50,944 nt of DNA from Alphaproteobacteria bacterium (GCA_027297685.1 JAPUHN010000318.1:1-50944), one strand, 5' to 3'; shown: positions 37,972 to 47,316, counted from the first letter of the stretch. Notes: generated by a model not told the origin, from the letters alone. Made by a program: numbers and translations.

Positions 37972-39068
37972 TAGCCGTCCTCCAAATGCATGAGCAAGGC
38001 AATGCCGGCCATCAAGCTGACTCCGGCGGGCGTCCACGCCGCCAACACCACGGGAACGCCGCCACCCAGGCCAATCGCATGAACAATGTTTGTTACGATA
38101 AAAAGCAGAAACGAGGTCAGCACACCTGCACCAAGAAGTAGTGTGGCGCCGCCGCGGCGGCTGAGGCGCATCGAGAAGCTGGCGGCAATCATCACCATGG
38201 CAACAAGCAAGACAGGCTCAGCGATCAACGTATGCAATTGTAGCCGATGGGCCAGCGCCGAGAACCCAGTCTGCTCGAGTATTTTGATAAACCGCGGCAG
38301 GCTCCAAAACGATACGGTTTCCGGACTGGCAAAACTGTCTTGGATTTTGTCGGCTGTTAAATCTGTCGACAATGTGTGGGACGAAACGAACTCGCCAGGC
38401 TTTTCGGGGCCGGTCAACCAGGCGTCGGTAAATTCCCATTGCCCATCGCCCACTCGAGCGGTTTTTGCGTCGATCCGGCCAATAAACCGATCTTCTTCGG
38501 CCAATAGAAATACGATTACATCCCGCAGTTTAAGATCATCAGTCTCGATCGATGTGGCATGTATAACTGCCTGGCCGCTTTCACCGTAGCTTTGCCGCAG
38601 CCAGATCCCCGATGACGAGACCGCCAGGAGCGACGAGCGTCCGGTGAGGTAGCGGCCTTCCAATTCCTCGAATTGCGAAAGCAACAACGACGACAATGGA
38701 TTGAGAAGGGTGACCTTGGCCACACCCACCATCACGACCACCAATAGGGCTGGCAGCATGAACTGCCAAACCGATACGCCCGCCGCACGTAGAACGACGA
38801 GTTCGTGATTTCGCGTTAATCGAAAATAGGTCAGCATGCCGCCGAACATAGCTGCGAAGGGAATCGTTTCCTGCGCCAAAAAGGGCCCCCGCAGCAGCGC
38901 CATGCTGGTGACAACAGTAATCGTTACGTCGGTTTTCGACGAACTTCGGCGCAACAGTTCAACTGCATCGATCAATACAATGACGGTGATCATGACGAAA
39001 AATACCGCCAGGAACCAAAACAAAAATTGCCGGCCGATATAGATGAATAATGTTGGAGACAGGGTCAT
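37971..39068 (-). CDS. lptG: LPS export ABC transporter permease LptG
   Basis: YjgP/YjgQ family, 365 aa. LFIYIGRQFLFWFLAVFFV is a typical N-terminus. Confidence 0.88.
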   Translation of the reverse strand: MTLSPTLFIYIGRQFLFWFLAVFFVMITVIVLIDAVELLRRSSSKTDVTITVVTSMALLRGPFLAQETIPFAAMFGGMLTYFRLTRNHELVVLRAAGVSVWQFMLPALLVVVMVGVAKVTLLNPLSSLLLSQFEELEGRYLTGRSSLLAVSSSGIWLRQSYGESGQAVIHATSIETDDLKLRDVIVFLLAEEDRFIGRIDAKTARVGDGQWEFTDAWLTGPEKPGEFVSSHTLSTDLTADKIQDSFASPETVSFWSLPRFIKILEQTGFSALAHRLQLHTLIAEPVLLVAMVMIAASFSMRLSRRGGATLLLGAGVLTSFLLFIVTNIVHAIGLGGGVPVVLAAWTPAGVSLMAGIALLMHLEDG

Positions 39069-39080
39069 CGGTTGCGCGCT

Positions 39081-40214
39081 CTACGCGCCACGGGGCTCGA
39101 TTGCCGCGCCGCTATCTGCGGTGATGGAGGGCGTCCGGCGTTCGCGGAAAAGAAAGAATGCTATGACGGCTGAGGTTACAATCGGCAACGCGTAAGTCAG
39201 CGGTACGACTGCCAGCGAATTCCGCGATAGATTAAACAGGCTGAGACCGGTCAACTGCAGAATGACAATAGCCGATATGGCCGCAAGGATGCGGACCGTT
39301 TGTCCGCGTCGGTTAAAGTCGCCCACCAACAGAGCCAACAGCCCGACCAATGCGTATGTGAGAACATATAGTGGGGCTGTAATTCGGCGATGTCCCTCAG
39401 CCATCAATTGCGTTGCGTAGAATTGATCGTTTGCGCTGTCGCCTGGGCGAAGCAGGCCACCAAGAAATCTTTCTTGCGGTTCGATCCATCGGACTTCATC
39501 GGTCCGGTCCAGTATTCCTAAATCGAGCGAGTACTGGTCGAAATAAAACAGTGTCAGTCGTCCGGTTTCACGGTCGATGAGCTGTTGGCTGCCATTGTAC
39601 ATAACGACCCGCATACCCTGATCGGTCTGGGTTGCCGTGCCACGTTCGGCAAGGTAAGTCACCGGCTTGTCCGGGTCGCGAGCGTCGTGTGCAAAAATGC
39701 CCAGCAGTTCACCAGGTCCTTCTCGTTTTCGAATGTAGACTGTAAATTGGTCGCTCGGGGTGTTGAACTGGCCCTCTTGCAGCAAGATGCTGCCAAACGC
39801 ATTGCGGTAACTGAATTGCTTTGCCTTGAAATTCGAGTACATCAGCGGCGAGACATAAAGGTAGAGCGGAAAACTTATCGCCATCACGCAAAGCGCCAGT
39901 ACGATGCCTGGTGCCGCAACCGACAACTGGCTCACACCGGCTGCCCGCATAACGACCAGTTCGCTGTCGTTCAACAGTTTGTTGTAGACAGTAAGAATTG
40001 CCGCAATTGTTGCGACCGGTAAAACGATCGTAAGAAATCCTGGCACGCGAAATGCGATGAGTTCGAACAGCACCGAAATCGGCAGCCCGCGATTAATGAT
40101 AAAATCGACAAGTCGCAGCGACCCGAACAGCGATACGATAAGTGTCAGGGCTACCGCGACGAAGAGCGCTGCGATGACGAGTTGTCGAAATATATATCGG
40201 CTGATCGCCGTCAT
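39081..40214 (-). CDS. lptF: LPS export ABC transporter permease LptF
   Basis: YjgP/YjgQ family. I place the start at the ATG at 40214 (MTAISRYIFRQLVIAALFV) rather than the track start at 40325. Confidence 0.85.
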   Translation of the reverse strand: MTAISRYIFRQLVIAALFVAVALTLIVSLFGSLRLVDFIINRGLPISVLFELIAFRVPGFLTIVLPVATIAAILTVYNKLLNDSELVVMRAAGVSQLSVAAPGIVLALCVMAISFPLYLYVSPLMYSNFKAKQFSYRNAFGSILLQEGQFNTPSDQFTVYIRKREGPGELLGIFAHDARDPDKPVTYLAERGTATQTDQGMRVVMYNGSQQLIDRETGRLTLFYFDQYSLDLGILDRTDEVRWIEPQERFLGGLLRPGDSANDQFYATQLMAEGHRRITAPLYVLTYALVGLLALLVGDFNRRGQTVRILAAISAIVILQLTGLSLFNLSRNSLAVVPLTYALPIVTSAVIAFFLFRERRTPSITADSGAAIEPRGA

Positions 40215-40333
40215 CCGATACGCGGCTTCATATTGGAAGCCTCCTGTCGGTTGTACCGTCCGTTCATGATCGCCCGAGTTTGCCCGATTCGCGGCGATTT
40301 GTAGCAGATCGCCCGCATGCAACAAACACCCGA

Positions 40334-40506
40334 CCAGAGGAGCATCCGGATAGTTTGAACTATTCTGGGGGCGGCTATGTGCCGGTGCTGGCGGACTTCG
40401 GCTCCAGCGTAGCTTCGGCTTTTCTCTTCGCCGAACCTACCGGGGCCGTGACCCAAATCCACACCGCCAGAAGAGTTCAAGCTATCCGGATGCTGCTCTA
40501 GGTTTT
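40334..40506 (+). ncRNA. Candidate structured RNA or long imperfect palindromic element (unclassified)
   Basis: 40341-40366 pairs with 40469-40494: 24 Watson-Crick pairs, 1 T:G and 1 mismatch over 26 positions by my count. The helix can extend to 40334/40502 and inward via GGCGG 40370-40374 and CCGCC 40464-40468. Two internal CTTCGGCT copies lie at 40396-40403 and 40413-40420. TTTT at 40503-40506 follows the 3' arm. Confidence 0.35.
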
Positions 40507-40626
40507 AGGACTATGCCCTGCCTTGCGCTCGCTCGGTCTGTGATCTACACGAGGGTATCGATTGCGAACTGCCGCTAGAGCATTATTCGTTCGTACACCG
40601 GCGCAGTCAGGTCAGGGGAATTGGGC

Positions 40627-42126
40627 ATGAGAATATCATTTGCAGAGTTGAAGATACCCGCGCGAGGGATCGTTATCGTGGGTGTCGGTGCAAAAAATAA
40701 ACTGAGTAGCCAAGCCGAACGCGTCGATAAACAAGTCGACGGAGCCTTGGCGCGTGCTGCCGCTGCGGCTCGGTTTACCGGCAAACTGGGCGAGTATCTC
40801 GCAGTCTTGGCACCGGCAGGACGCAAGAACGCCACCTACCTGCTCGTCGGCACCGGCCCGGCGAAAGAGTTTGGCGAACAAGAGGCCCAAACCTTTGGCG
40901 CGGCCGCGTATCGCGCCATCCAATCGGTCGATGGCACCGCTGCGATCGTCTTGGCCGATGTGCCGTCGGGGGCACCGGCGAAGCTCGACGACATTGCTGC
41001 CCATCTCGCCTACGGCGCTCGGCTGCGCAGTTATAGTTACGATAAATACAAAACCGGCGCAGCAGGCACCAACAATAAGAATAAGCAGGTTGGCGCGTTG
41101 ACGGTCATGGTACGCCGACCGGCGATGACGCGACGCCGCTACATGCCGCTGTCGGCGATCGCCGCTGGCGTCGAATTCTCGCGCAACCTGGTGTCGGAAC
41201 CGAGCAACGTGAAGTCACCTAAATGGATGTCGACGCAATGCCGGAAGCTCTCCAAATTGGGCGTGCGGGTTGAGGTATTGGGCGAAGCGCAGATGCGCAA
41301 ATTGGGTATGCACGCCTTGCTCGGCGTCGGCCAGGGTAGCGTTCGAGAGTCCCAATGCGTGGTAATGCGCTGGAATGGCGGTAAAAGAGGTAGCAATCCG
41401 CTGGCGTTGGTAGGTAAGGGTGTGACCTTCGATACGGGCGGTATCTCGATCAAGCCGGCCGGCGGCATGGAGGACATGATTTGGGACATGGGTGGCGCTG
41501 GTGCGGTTATCGGCACCATGCACGCGCTGGCCGGCCGCAAAGCGAAGGCGAATGTAGTCGGGGTCGTTGGCCTGACTGAGAATATGCCCGACGGCAACGC
41601 GCAACGGCCGGGCGATATTGTCCGATCGATGTCGGGGCAAACCATCGAAGTAATCAACACCGATGCCGAGGGCCGGCTCGTCCTGGCCGACATGCTTTGG
41701 TACACGCAAAAGCGTTTCAAACCCGATGCCATGATCGATCTGGCGACACTGACGGGCGCCGTTGTAGTGGCTCTGGGCCACGAGTATGCCGGTCTCTACG
41801 CCAACAAGGATCAACTTGCCGATCGCATTATCAGTGCGGGTAAGGCAGTCGGCGAAAAGCTGTGGCACTTGCCGCTCGATCCAGCCTATGACAAGCAAAT
41901 CAACACGCCGCGTGCCGACATGAAAAATGTTGGGCCGCGTTGGGGCGGAAGCATCACCGCAGCTCAGTTTCTGCAGCGCTTTACCAACGGATTGGACTGG
42001 GCCCATCTCGATATTGCCGGCGTCGCCTGGTCGGATACCGACCGGCCGCTATTGGGCAAAGGTGCGACCGGGTTCGGCGTGCGCGCGCTCGACCGATTTA
42101 TCCGCGATAATTATGAAAGCAAATAG
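40627..42126 (+). CDS. pepA: Leucyl aminopeptidase (M17)
   Basis: VGKGVTFDTGGISIKP and the signature NTDAEGRLVLAD. ATG at 40627; the track begins at a TTG at 40621. Confidence 0.93.
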   Translation: MRISFAELKIPARGIVIVGVGAKNKLSSQAERVDKQVDGALARAAAAARFTGKLGEYLAVLAPAGRKNATYLLVGTGPAKEFGEQEAQTFGAAAYRAIQSVDGTAAIVLADVPSGAPAKLDDIAAHLAYGARLRSYSYDKYKTGAAGTNNKNKQVGALTVMVRRPAMTRRRYMPLSAIAAGVEFSRNLVSEPSNVKSPKWMSTQCRKLSKLGVRVEVLGEAQMRKLGMHALLGVGQGSVRESQCVVMRWNGGKRGSNPLALVGKGVTFDTGGISIKPAGGMEDMIWDMGGAGAVIGTMHALAGRKAKANVVGVVGLTENMPDGNAQRPGDIVRSMSGQTIEVINTDAEGRLVLADMLWYTQKRFKPDAMIDLATLTGAVVVALGHEYAGLYANKDQLADRIISAGKAVGEKLWHLPLDPAYDKQINTPRADMKNVGPRWGGSITAAQFLQRFTNGLDWAHLDIAGVAWSDTDRPLLGKGATGFGVRALDRFIRDNYESK

Positions 42127-42147
42127 ATTGGGCTGGGTAGGCCGATC

Positions 42148-42609
42148 GTGACGGAAATTCGCTTTTACCATTTAACCAACCGATCCCTGGAAGACGTTCT
42201 GCCAGTGATGTTGGAGCGTACGCTGGTCCGCGATGGCAAGCGTGCCGTTGTCAGGGTCGGCTCAGCAGAGCGGGTCGAACATCTGGCAGCGCATTTGTGG
42301 ACCTATAAAGATCGTGGATTTCTGCCCCATGGCTGCAAGGCCGATGGTGCCGCCGAGCTGCAACCGATTTGGCTGACCGATGGTGACGAAAACCCCAATG
42401 GTGCATCGGTCTTGTTTCTTGCTGACGGCGGGGTTTCCGACGCGATCGACGACTATGATCTGGTATGTAGTTTATTCGACGGCCGGGACGCCGAGGCGGT
42501 CGCTCAGGCGCGCGACCGGTGGCGCGCTTATCAAACGACCGCCCATGAGTTGACCTATTGGCAACAGACCGATAGCGGCGGCTGGCAAAAGAAAACCGAA
42601 AACGAATAG
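42148..42609 (+). CDS. holC: DNA polymerase III subunit chi
   Basis: (M)[25 protein letters not shown]...[14 protein letters not shown]. The position after pepA is conserved. GTG start. Confidence 0.85.
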   Translation: MTEIRFYHLTNRSLEDVLPVMLERTLVRDGKRAVVRVGSAERVEHLAAHLWTYKDRGFLPHGCKADGAAELQPIWLTDGDENPNGASVLFLADGGVSDAIDDYDLVCSLFDGRDAEAVAQARDRWRAYQTTAHELTYWQQTDSGGWQKKTENE

Positions 42610-42700
42610 AGCGCCAAAGGCCACGCTTGCCCCGGCCAAGTACGACCGATATAAGGCGCTCCGCCGGATCCTAAAACCAAAGCAAATGGAGTTACGTCAC

Positions 42701-43123
42701 ATGCCAGTCGAGCGAACCCTGTCGATCATCAAGCCCGATGCAACGCGCCGCAACATAACCGGTAAGGTGATCGATCGGTTGGAGCAAGCCGGCCTGCGTA
42801 TTATTGCCCAGCGTCGAATCCTGCTGACAAAAGAGCGCGCCGAAGAATTTTACGGCGTCCATCGCGAGCGTCCCTTCTTTGCCGATCTGGTTGCCTTCAT
42901 GACGTCGGGACCGATCGTTGTGCAGGCCTTGGAGGGCGAGAATGCTGTTGCCCGCAACCGCGAGGTAATGGGCGCGACCAATCCGGCGGAGGCGGCCGAG
43001 GGGACCATTCGAAAAGATTTTGCTGAATCGATCGAGGCCAATTCGGTACACGGTTCCGATGGTCCGGAAACGGCGGCCGAGGAGATCGCGTTCTTTTTCT
43101 CCGCCGACGAGATTGTCGGCTAA
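42701..43123 (+). CDS. ndk: Nucleoside-diphosphate kinase
   Basis: [14 protein letters not shown] and NSVHGSDG (active-site His). ATG at 42701; the track ORF starts 5 codons earlier. Confidence 0.94.
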   Translation: MPVERTLSIIKPDATRRNITGKVIDRLEQAGLRIIAQRRILLTKERAEEFYGVHRERPFFADLVAFMTSGPIVVQALEGENAVARNREVMGATNPAEAAEGTIRKDFAESIEANSVHGSDGPETAAEEIAFFFSADEIVG

Positions 43124-43152
43124 ATTTCCGTCGCAAATTCGGGACTCAATTT

Positions 43153-43177
43153 AAAAGGCGCCGGTCGGGCGCCTTTT
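43153..43177. terminator. Bidirectional rho-independent terminator shared by ndk and the convergent small ORF
   Basis: AAAAGGCGCC-GGTCG-GGCGCCTTTT: a GC stem flanked by an A-run and a T-run, so it reads as stem plus U-tract on both strands. Confidence 0.75.
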
Positions 43178-43181
43178 CGCT

Positions 43182-43307
43182 CTAAACCAAAAAAATCCAC
43201 AGCAGCAACATTATGATTGCAACGATCCCTGCCGCCCATAAAGAGGACCTTATGAATCGGTTCCAGGTGATCTGGCGATTTTGGAGTTCCTGTTGAAAAT
43301 CGGCCAT
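43182..43307 (-). CDS. 41-aa membrane microprotein resembling bacterial aa3-type cytochrome c oxidase subunit IV
   Basis: From the ATG at 43307: MADFQQELQNRQITWNRFIRSSLWAAGIVAIIMLLLWIFLV. The pattern Q..T(F/W)..F(I/V)(K/R)...W followed by a single TM helix matches my recollection of Paracoccus/Rhodobacter subunit IV. Confidence 0.45.
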   Translation of the reverse strand: MADFQQELQNRQITWNRFIRSSLWAAGIVAIIMLLLWIFLV

Positions 43308-43408
43308 GGCCCGTCCTCCAGCATCATCGATACGAATAGGCGAGTAGTACTTATAAGAGCCGCGGTTGAATCGGGAAAGACACCTCGGCAACCCTGCGAG
43401 ACTTGGTA

Positions 43409-44062
43409 TTAGTCAAGCGGTGGATTGAACAGTGGCTCGGCCGTCGCGCCGGCATCGGCGATGACAACACGACCATCCTCCACGGTGACACGATTTTCCG
43501 CAATTAATCGTACGGCTCGAGGGTAACATTGGTGTTCGGCGGTCAACACACGCGCCGCCAAACTATCCTCATTGTCGCCGGGCAGTACCGGTACAGCAGC
43601 TTGCATAACAATCGGGCCAGCGTCCATTTCGGAGCGCACGAAATGTACCGAACAACCGCTGAGTTTTACCCCGGCGGCCAATGCTTGTGCGTGGGAATCG
43701 GTACCCTTGAACGCTGGTAAAAGCGAGGGGTGGATATTAACGATGCGATCCGGCCATTGATCGACGAACCAGGCGCTCAACAGACGCATGAAGCCGGCCA
43801 GACAGATCAATTGTGCGCCGGCAGCCTGTAGGGCGGCGTCGACGTCGCGATCGAAACTCTCGCGATCGCCATAGGCTGTATGCTCGATAACCTGGGTCGC
43901 GATATTGGCGGCCCGCGCGCGGGTCAGGCCTTTGGCGTCGGCGCGGTTGGAAATGACGGTGACGATTTCGGCAGGATAGCTGGCGTTGGCGCAAGCATCG
44001 ATCAGGGCTTGTAGGTTGGAGCCGCGTCCGGAGATCAGAACGCCTAGTTTCAACTTGCTCAT
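43409..44062 (-). CDS. purN: Phosphoribosylglycinamide formyltransferase
   Basis: VLISGRGSNLQALI and NIHPSLLPAFKG. Confidence 0.93.
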   Translation of the reverse strand: MSKLKLGVLISGRGSNLQALIDACANASYPAEIVTVISNRADAKGLTRARAANIATQVIEHTAYGDRESFDRDVDAALQAAGAQLICLAGFMRLLSAWFVDQWPDRIVNIHPSLLPAFKGTDSHAQALAAGVKLSGCSVHFVRSEMDAGPIVMQAAVPVLPGDNEDSLAARVLTAEHQCYPRAVRLIAENRVTVEDGRVVIADAGATAEPLFNPPLD

Positions 44063-44071
44063 TGGGCTTGT

Positions 44072-45136
44072 TCAGCCGGCGCCCAGGGCAGCGCTCAGGT
44101 TCTGCAGGGTGACGCTTTGGCTCGGCGAATCGACCGCGCGGCCAATTTCCACCGCCGTTTCACCCTGTTCGGTGAACGCTTGTACGGTTTCCGCGACATC
44201 GGCTGGTTCGACGATCGCCACCATACCGATGCCGCAATTGAACGTCCGTGCCATCTCTTCGTCGGCGACATTGCCTTGTTGTTGTAGCCAGCCAAAAACC
44301 GGTGGCGCCGTCCAGGTGGACCCATCCAACTCGACGCCGCACTCTGCCGGCAGCACGCGCGGAATATTTTCCAGCAATCCGCCGCCGGTGATGTGGGCCA
44401 GCGCTTTGATCTTGCCGTTGCCAAGGACGGCGAGGCAGGAACGGGCGTAAATACGGGTCGGGTCTAGTAAGACCGCATCGAGGTTTTTTTCCGAGGCAAA
44501 CGGCGCCGGCGCGGTCAACGACGCGCCACCACTTTCGACAACGCGGCGGACCAGGGAAAAGCCGTTCGCATGCAGGCCGCTCGAAGCCAACCCGATAACC
44601 GCGTCGCCCGGCTTGGCGGGATTTTCGCTGCGCGGCAGAAGGCCGTTGCGCTCGACCGCACCGACGGCAAAGCCCGCCAAATCGTAATCGCTGCCGCCAT
44701 ATAGGCCAGGCATTTCCGCAGTCTCTCCACCGATGAGCGCGCAGCCGGCTTGTTTGCAGCCCTCCGCGATCCCGGCAATCACTTCGGCGGCGACGCCGGT
44801 ATCGAGGCGCGCGGTGGCGAAATAATCGAGGAAGAACAGGGGTTCCGCACCCTGAACCACCAGATCATTGACGCACATCGCCACCAGATCGATGCCAATG
44901 GTCGTGTGTCGGTTCGCTTCGATGGCGATTTTCAGCTTTGTTCCGACGCCATCCGTTGCGGCGACCAATAGAGGATCGGTGTAGCCAGCGGCCTTGGGAT
45001 CGAAGACGCCGCCAAAGCCACCCAATCCGCTGACCACGCCGGTGCGAGTGGTCGCCGTAGCAAGCGGGCGAATGGCGTCGACCAGCGCATTGCCGGCAGC
45101 GATGTTGACGCCGGAATCTTTGTAGGTCAGTGAAAT
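44072..45136 (-). CDS. purM: Phosphoribosylformylglycinamidine cyclo-ligase; start assigned to a non-canonical ATT (see findings)
   Basis: [11 protein letters not shown] and ATDGVGTKL. The conserved N-terminal [22 protein letters not shown] lies upstream of the first canonical in-frame start at 45037. GGAG at 45144-45147 sits 7 nt before the ATT at 45134-45136. Confidence 0.85.
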   Translation of the reverse strand: MSLTYKDSGVNIAAGNALVDAIRPLATATTRTGVVSGLGGFGGVFDPKAAGYTDPLLVAATDGVGTKLKIAIEANRHTTIGIDLVAMCVNDLVVQGAEPLFFLDYFATARLDTGVAAEVIAGIAEGCKQAGCALIGGETAEMPGLYGGSDYDLAGFAVGAVERNGLLPRSENPAKPGDAVIGLASSGLHANGFSLVRRVVESGGASLTAPAPFASEKNLDAVLLDPTRIYARSCLAVLGNGKIKALAHITGGGLLENIPRVLPAECGVELDGSTWTAPPVFGWLQQQGNVADEEMARTFNCGIGMVAIVEPADVAETVQAFTEQGETAVEIGRAVDSPSQSVTLQNLSAALGAG

Positions 45137-45276
45137 GTTGCTTCTCCGTCCGCCATGTCTTTGCCAAAATCGTGCTATTGGTTAGTGCCTGCAGTCGTGC
45201 GCCCTGTTCGGCCAAACCGTACGGCAGCGGTGGGCGTCCAGGGCTCGACAATCAGGGCTCAACAATAGGTCTTTCG

Positions 45277-46464
45277 ATGTCATTTGCAATGTATCCGATG
45301 TCTCGTTTTTTCGATCTTTTGCGTCGTCCCGCAACGGTTGTCGCGCTTGTAGCTACAGTTGCAGTTTGGACGTCAGCCGGGGGCACGGCCAGCGCCGCAG
45401 GCAATGTTTTTTCGGTGAGCGGCGTCGAGGTCGATGAGACGGCCGATACGGCGGCGAGGGCACGCACGACAGCATTTCGGCGCGGACAACGCGTTGCGTT
45501 AGCGGCACTTTTGCGGCGGCTGACATTGCGCGCCAACCACGCGCGTCTACCTTCTGTCGACAACGAGCGTATGGATTTTATGGTGCAAGCGCTTGAGGTC
45601 GCCGACGAAAGAACGTCGGATGTGCGCTACCTGGCGACCATGACCGTGAACTTCAAACCGCTGGAAGTTCGCCGCCTCTTGCGGGAGGCCGGCATTCCAT
45701 TCGCTGAAACCCCAAGCAAGCCGGTCTTGGTACTTCCAGTGCAGCAGCGAGGCGACACGCTGGTGTTATGGGATGACCCCAATTTGTGGCGCGAGGCTTG
45801 GTCGCAGTTGCCGCCAAGCAACGGCCTGGTTCCGTTAATTGTTCCGGTAGGTGATTTGAGCGACATCGCCGATGTCGATGCGGCACAGGCTGCCGAGGGA
45901 GATCCGCTTCGCCTCTCGGCGATTGCGAGGCGCTACGGCGCCGGTGACGTTTTGGTGGCCATTGCCACAGTGTCCGATACCGCTAACGCGATCCGCGTCG
46001 ACATCGCCGCAAGCCAAATCGGCGCACCGACCCGGGTGCCGATACTGCTCAGTTTCCAAATATCGGACCCGGAAGCGCTTCCGGAGTTGCTAGTCGGCGC
46101 CGCCACCGGCGTTGCCGCTGCGGTTGAAGATACTTGGATATCGAAAAATATCATCGAATTCGATCGTCCGGGCCGGATGCTGCTTGCGGTGCCGCTGTCG
46201 TCGCTCGAGCAGTGGGTGTCGGTAGAGCGCCGGTTGAATAACATTGCCTCGATCTCGGAAGTCTCGCTGATATCGCTCACCCGCGACTCGGCGGCGGTTG
46301 AAATCTCCCATTATGGCGATGTAACTCAGCTTACCGCTGTGCTGGCCCAGCAGGACCTGGCGTTGGAGCGGTCCCCTTCGCTCACGCCCGGATCGGATCC
46401 GTTTCGTTCGGTCCAGACGGATCGGGCGTTGCAGATGCGTGTACTTCGACCGATCACACCGTGA
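45277..46464 (+). CDS. Secreted conserved hypothetical, DUF2066-like (tentative)
   Basis: Signal peptide ending TASA-AG. NVFSVSGVEVDETADTAARARTTAFRRGQRVALAALLRRLT resembles the DUF2066 N-domain, and the position between purM and hda is the one I recall for DUF2066 genes. The first ATG at 45277 is taken; 45289 and 45298 are alternatives. Confidence 0.55.
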   Translation: MSFAMYPMSRFFDLLRRPATVVALVATVAVWTSAGGTASAAGNVFSVSGVEVDETADTAARARTTAFRRGQRVALAALLRRLTLRANHARLPSVDNERMDFMVQALEVADERTSDVRYLATMTVNFKPLEVRRLLREAGIPFAETPSKPVLVLPVQQRGDTLVLWDDPNLWREAWSQLPPSNGLVPLIVPVGDLSDIADVDAAQAAEGDPLRLSAIARRYGAGDVLVAIATVSDTANAIRVDIAASQIGAPTRVPILLSFQISDPEALPELLVGAATGVAAAVEDTWISKNIIEFDRPGRMLLAVPLSSLEQWVSVERRLNNIASISEVSLISLTRDSAAVEISHYGDVTQLTAVLAQQDLALERSPSLTPGSDPFRSVQTDRALQMRVLRPITP

Positions 46465-47180
46465 CGACGACCGAACCACCAGCACAGCTCGTTCTCGATT
46501 TGGGCCACCGCCCCGCTTTGGGCCGGGCCGACTTTCTGGTGTCCCAATGCAACGCCGAGGCCGTTGCTTGGATCGACCGCTGGCCCGATTGGCCGGCGCC
46601 GGGGTTGGTTATTTGGGGGCCCGCGGCCAGCGGAAAGTCCCATTTGGGTCAGGTGTGGCAGGCGCGGATCGCCGCCCCGATGATCTCTGCCGCCGATCTC
46701 GACAATCGCGAGCCACCGGATTTGGCCGGCGACCTTGGCGCAGTTTATTTCGATGGTGCGGATGGAATTGTCGGCAACCCCACCCGGCAGCGTGCTGCTT
46801 TGCATGTCTATAATTTGATCGCCGAGCAGGGCGGAAAAATCTTGTTCAGCGCGCGCACGCCGCCAGGACGATGGCGGATCGAACTGGCCGATTTGCATTC
46901 GCGGCTGAACGCCTTGCCGGCGGTGGCGATCGCGCCACCCGACGATGCGGTGCTGGGCGCTGTATTGCTGAAATTGTTTGCCGACCGCCAACTGCACGTT
47001 GGCGTGGCGGTCATACAGTTCGCGGTCACACGCATGGAGCGTTCGTTCGAAGCCGCCGAGCGTTTGGTGACCGCACTCGACACCGCTGCACTGGCCTCGC
47101 AACGGCGGGTAACCATACCCCTGCTTCGCGAGGTATTGCCCCATATTGGGAGCGCTGGCCACAGTGACGAGTTGCCGTAA
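46461..47180 (+). CDS. hdaA: DnaA regulatory inactivator HdaA (DnaA-related AAA+ protein)
   Basis: QLVLDLGHRPALGRADFLVSQCNAEAV and Walker A-like GPAASGKSHL. The GTG start overlaps the upstream stop (GTGA). Confidence 0.8.
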   Translation: MTTTEPPAQLVLDLGHRPALGRADFLVSQCNAEAVAWIDRWPDWPAPGLVIWGPAASGKSHLGQVWQARIAAPMISAADLDNREPPDLAGDLGAVYFDGADGIVGNPTRQRAALHVYNLIAEQGGKILFSARTPPGRWRIELADLHSRLNALPAVAIAPPDDAVLGAVLLKLFADRQLHVGVAVIQFAVTRMERSFEAAERLVTALDTAALASQRRVTIPLLREVLPHIGSAGHSDELP

Positions 47181-47316
47181 ATTAGTCGCGATTTGCCGAT
47201 AGAGGATCGTTGCAACGATGCTTCGGAGTTGGGTTTTAACTCCGCCACATGGCGGCATACGGTCGGATTGTTGGCATCGAACGCCGTGTTAATCGTCACG
47301 TTGGAGGCGAGATTAA

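Noticed and set aside
37972-38037. N-terminal extensions suggested by the ORF track for lptD (to 38037), lptF (to 40325), murQ (to 4674), radA (to 17757) and purM's neighbour (45130).
   Set aside because: The extensions overlap upstream genes or lack family similarity. Internal starts give canonical N-termini (signal peptide or conserved first motif) and normal lengths.
40334-40506. Identity of the long inverted-repeat element as SRP RNA, 6S RNA, tmRNA or RNase P RNA.
   Set aside because: I cannot find the SRP domain IV motifs (GGAA tetraloop with AGCA/GGA loops) on either strand. There is no 6S-type two-sided central bubble and it is far too short for tmRNA or RNase P. It therefore stays unclassified in the findings.
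45137-45276. Possible ZTP (pfl) or purine riboswitch in the purM leader.
   Set aside because: I see no match to the conserved ZTP elements (GGGUCGUGAC.., CCGCCUGGGC) or to the purine riboswitch three-way junction, only generic GC hairpins.
47206-47219. Perfect 14-bp palindrome ATCGTTGCAACGAT between hdaA and ppk, a possible operator or Pho-related site.
   Set aside because: About three perfect 7+7 palindromes are expected by chance in this window. It does not resemble the direct-repeat Pho box and there is no supporting evidence.
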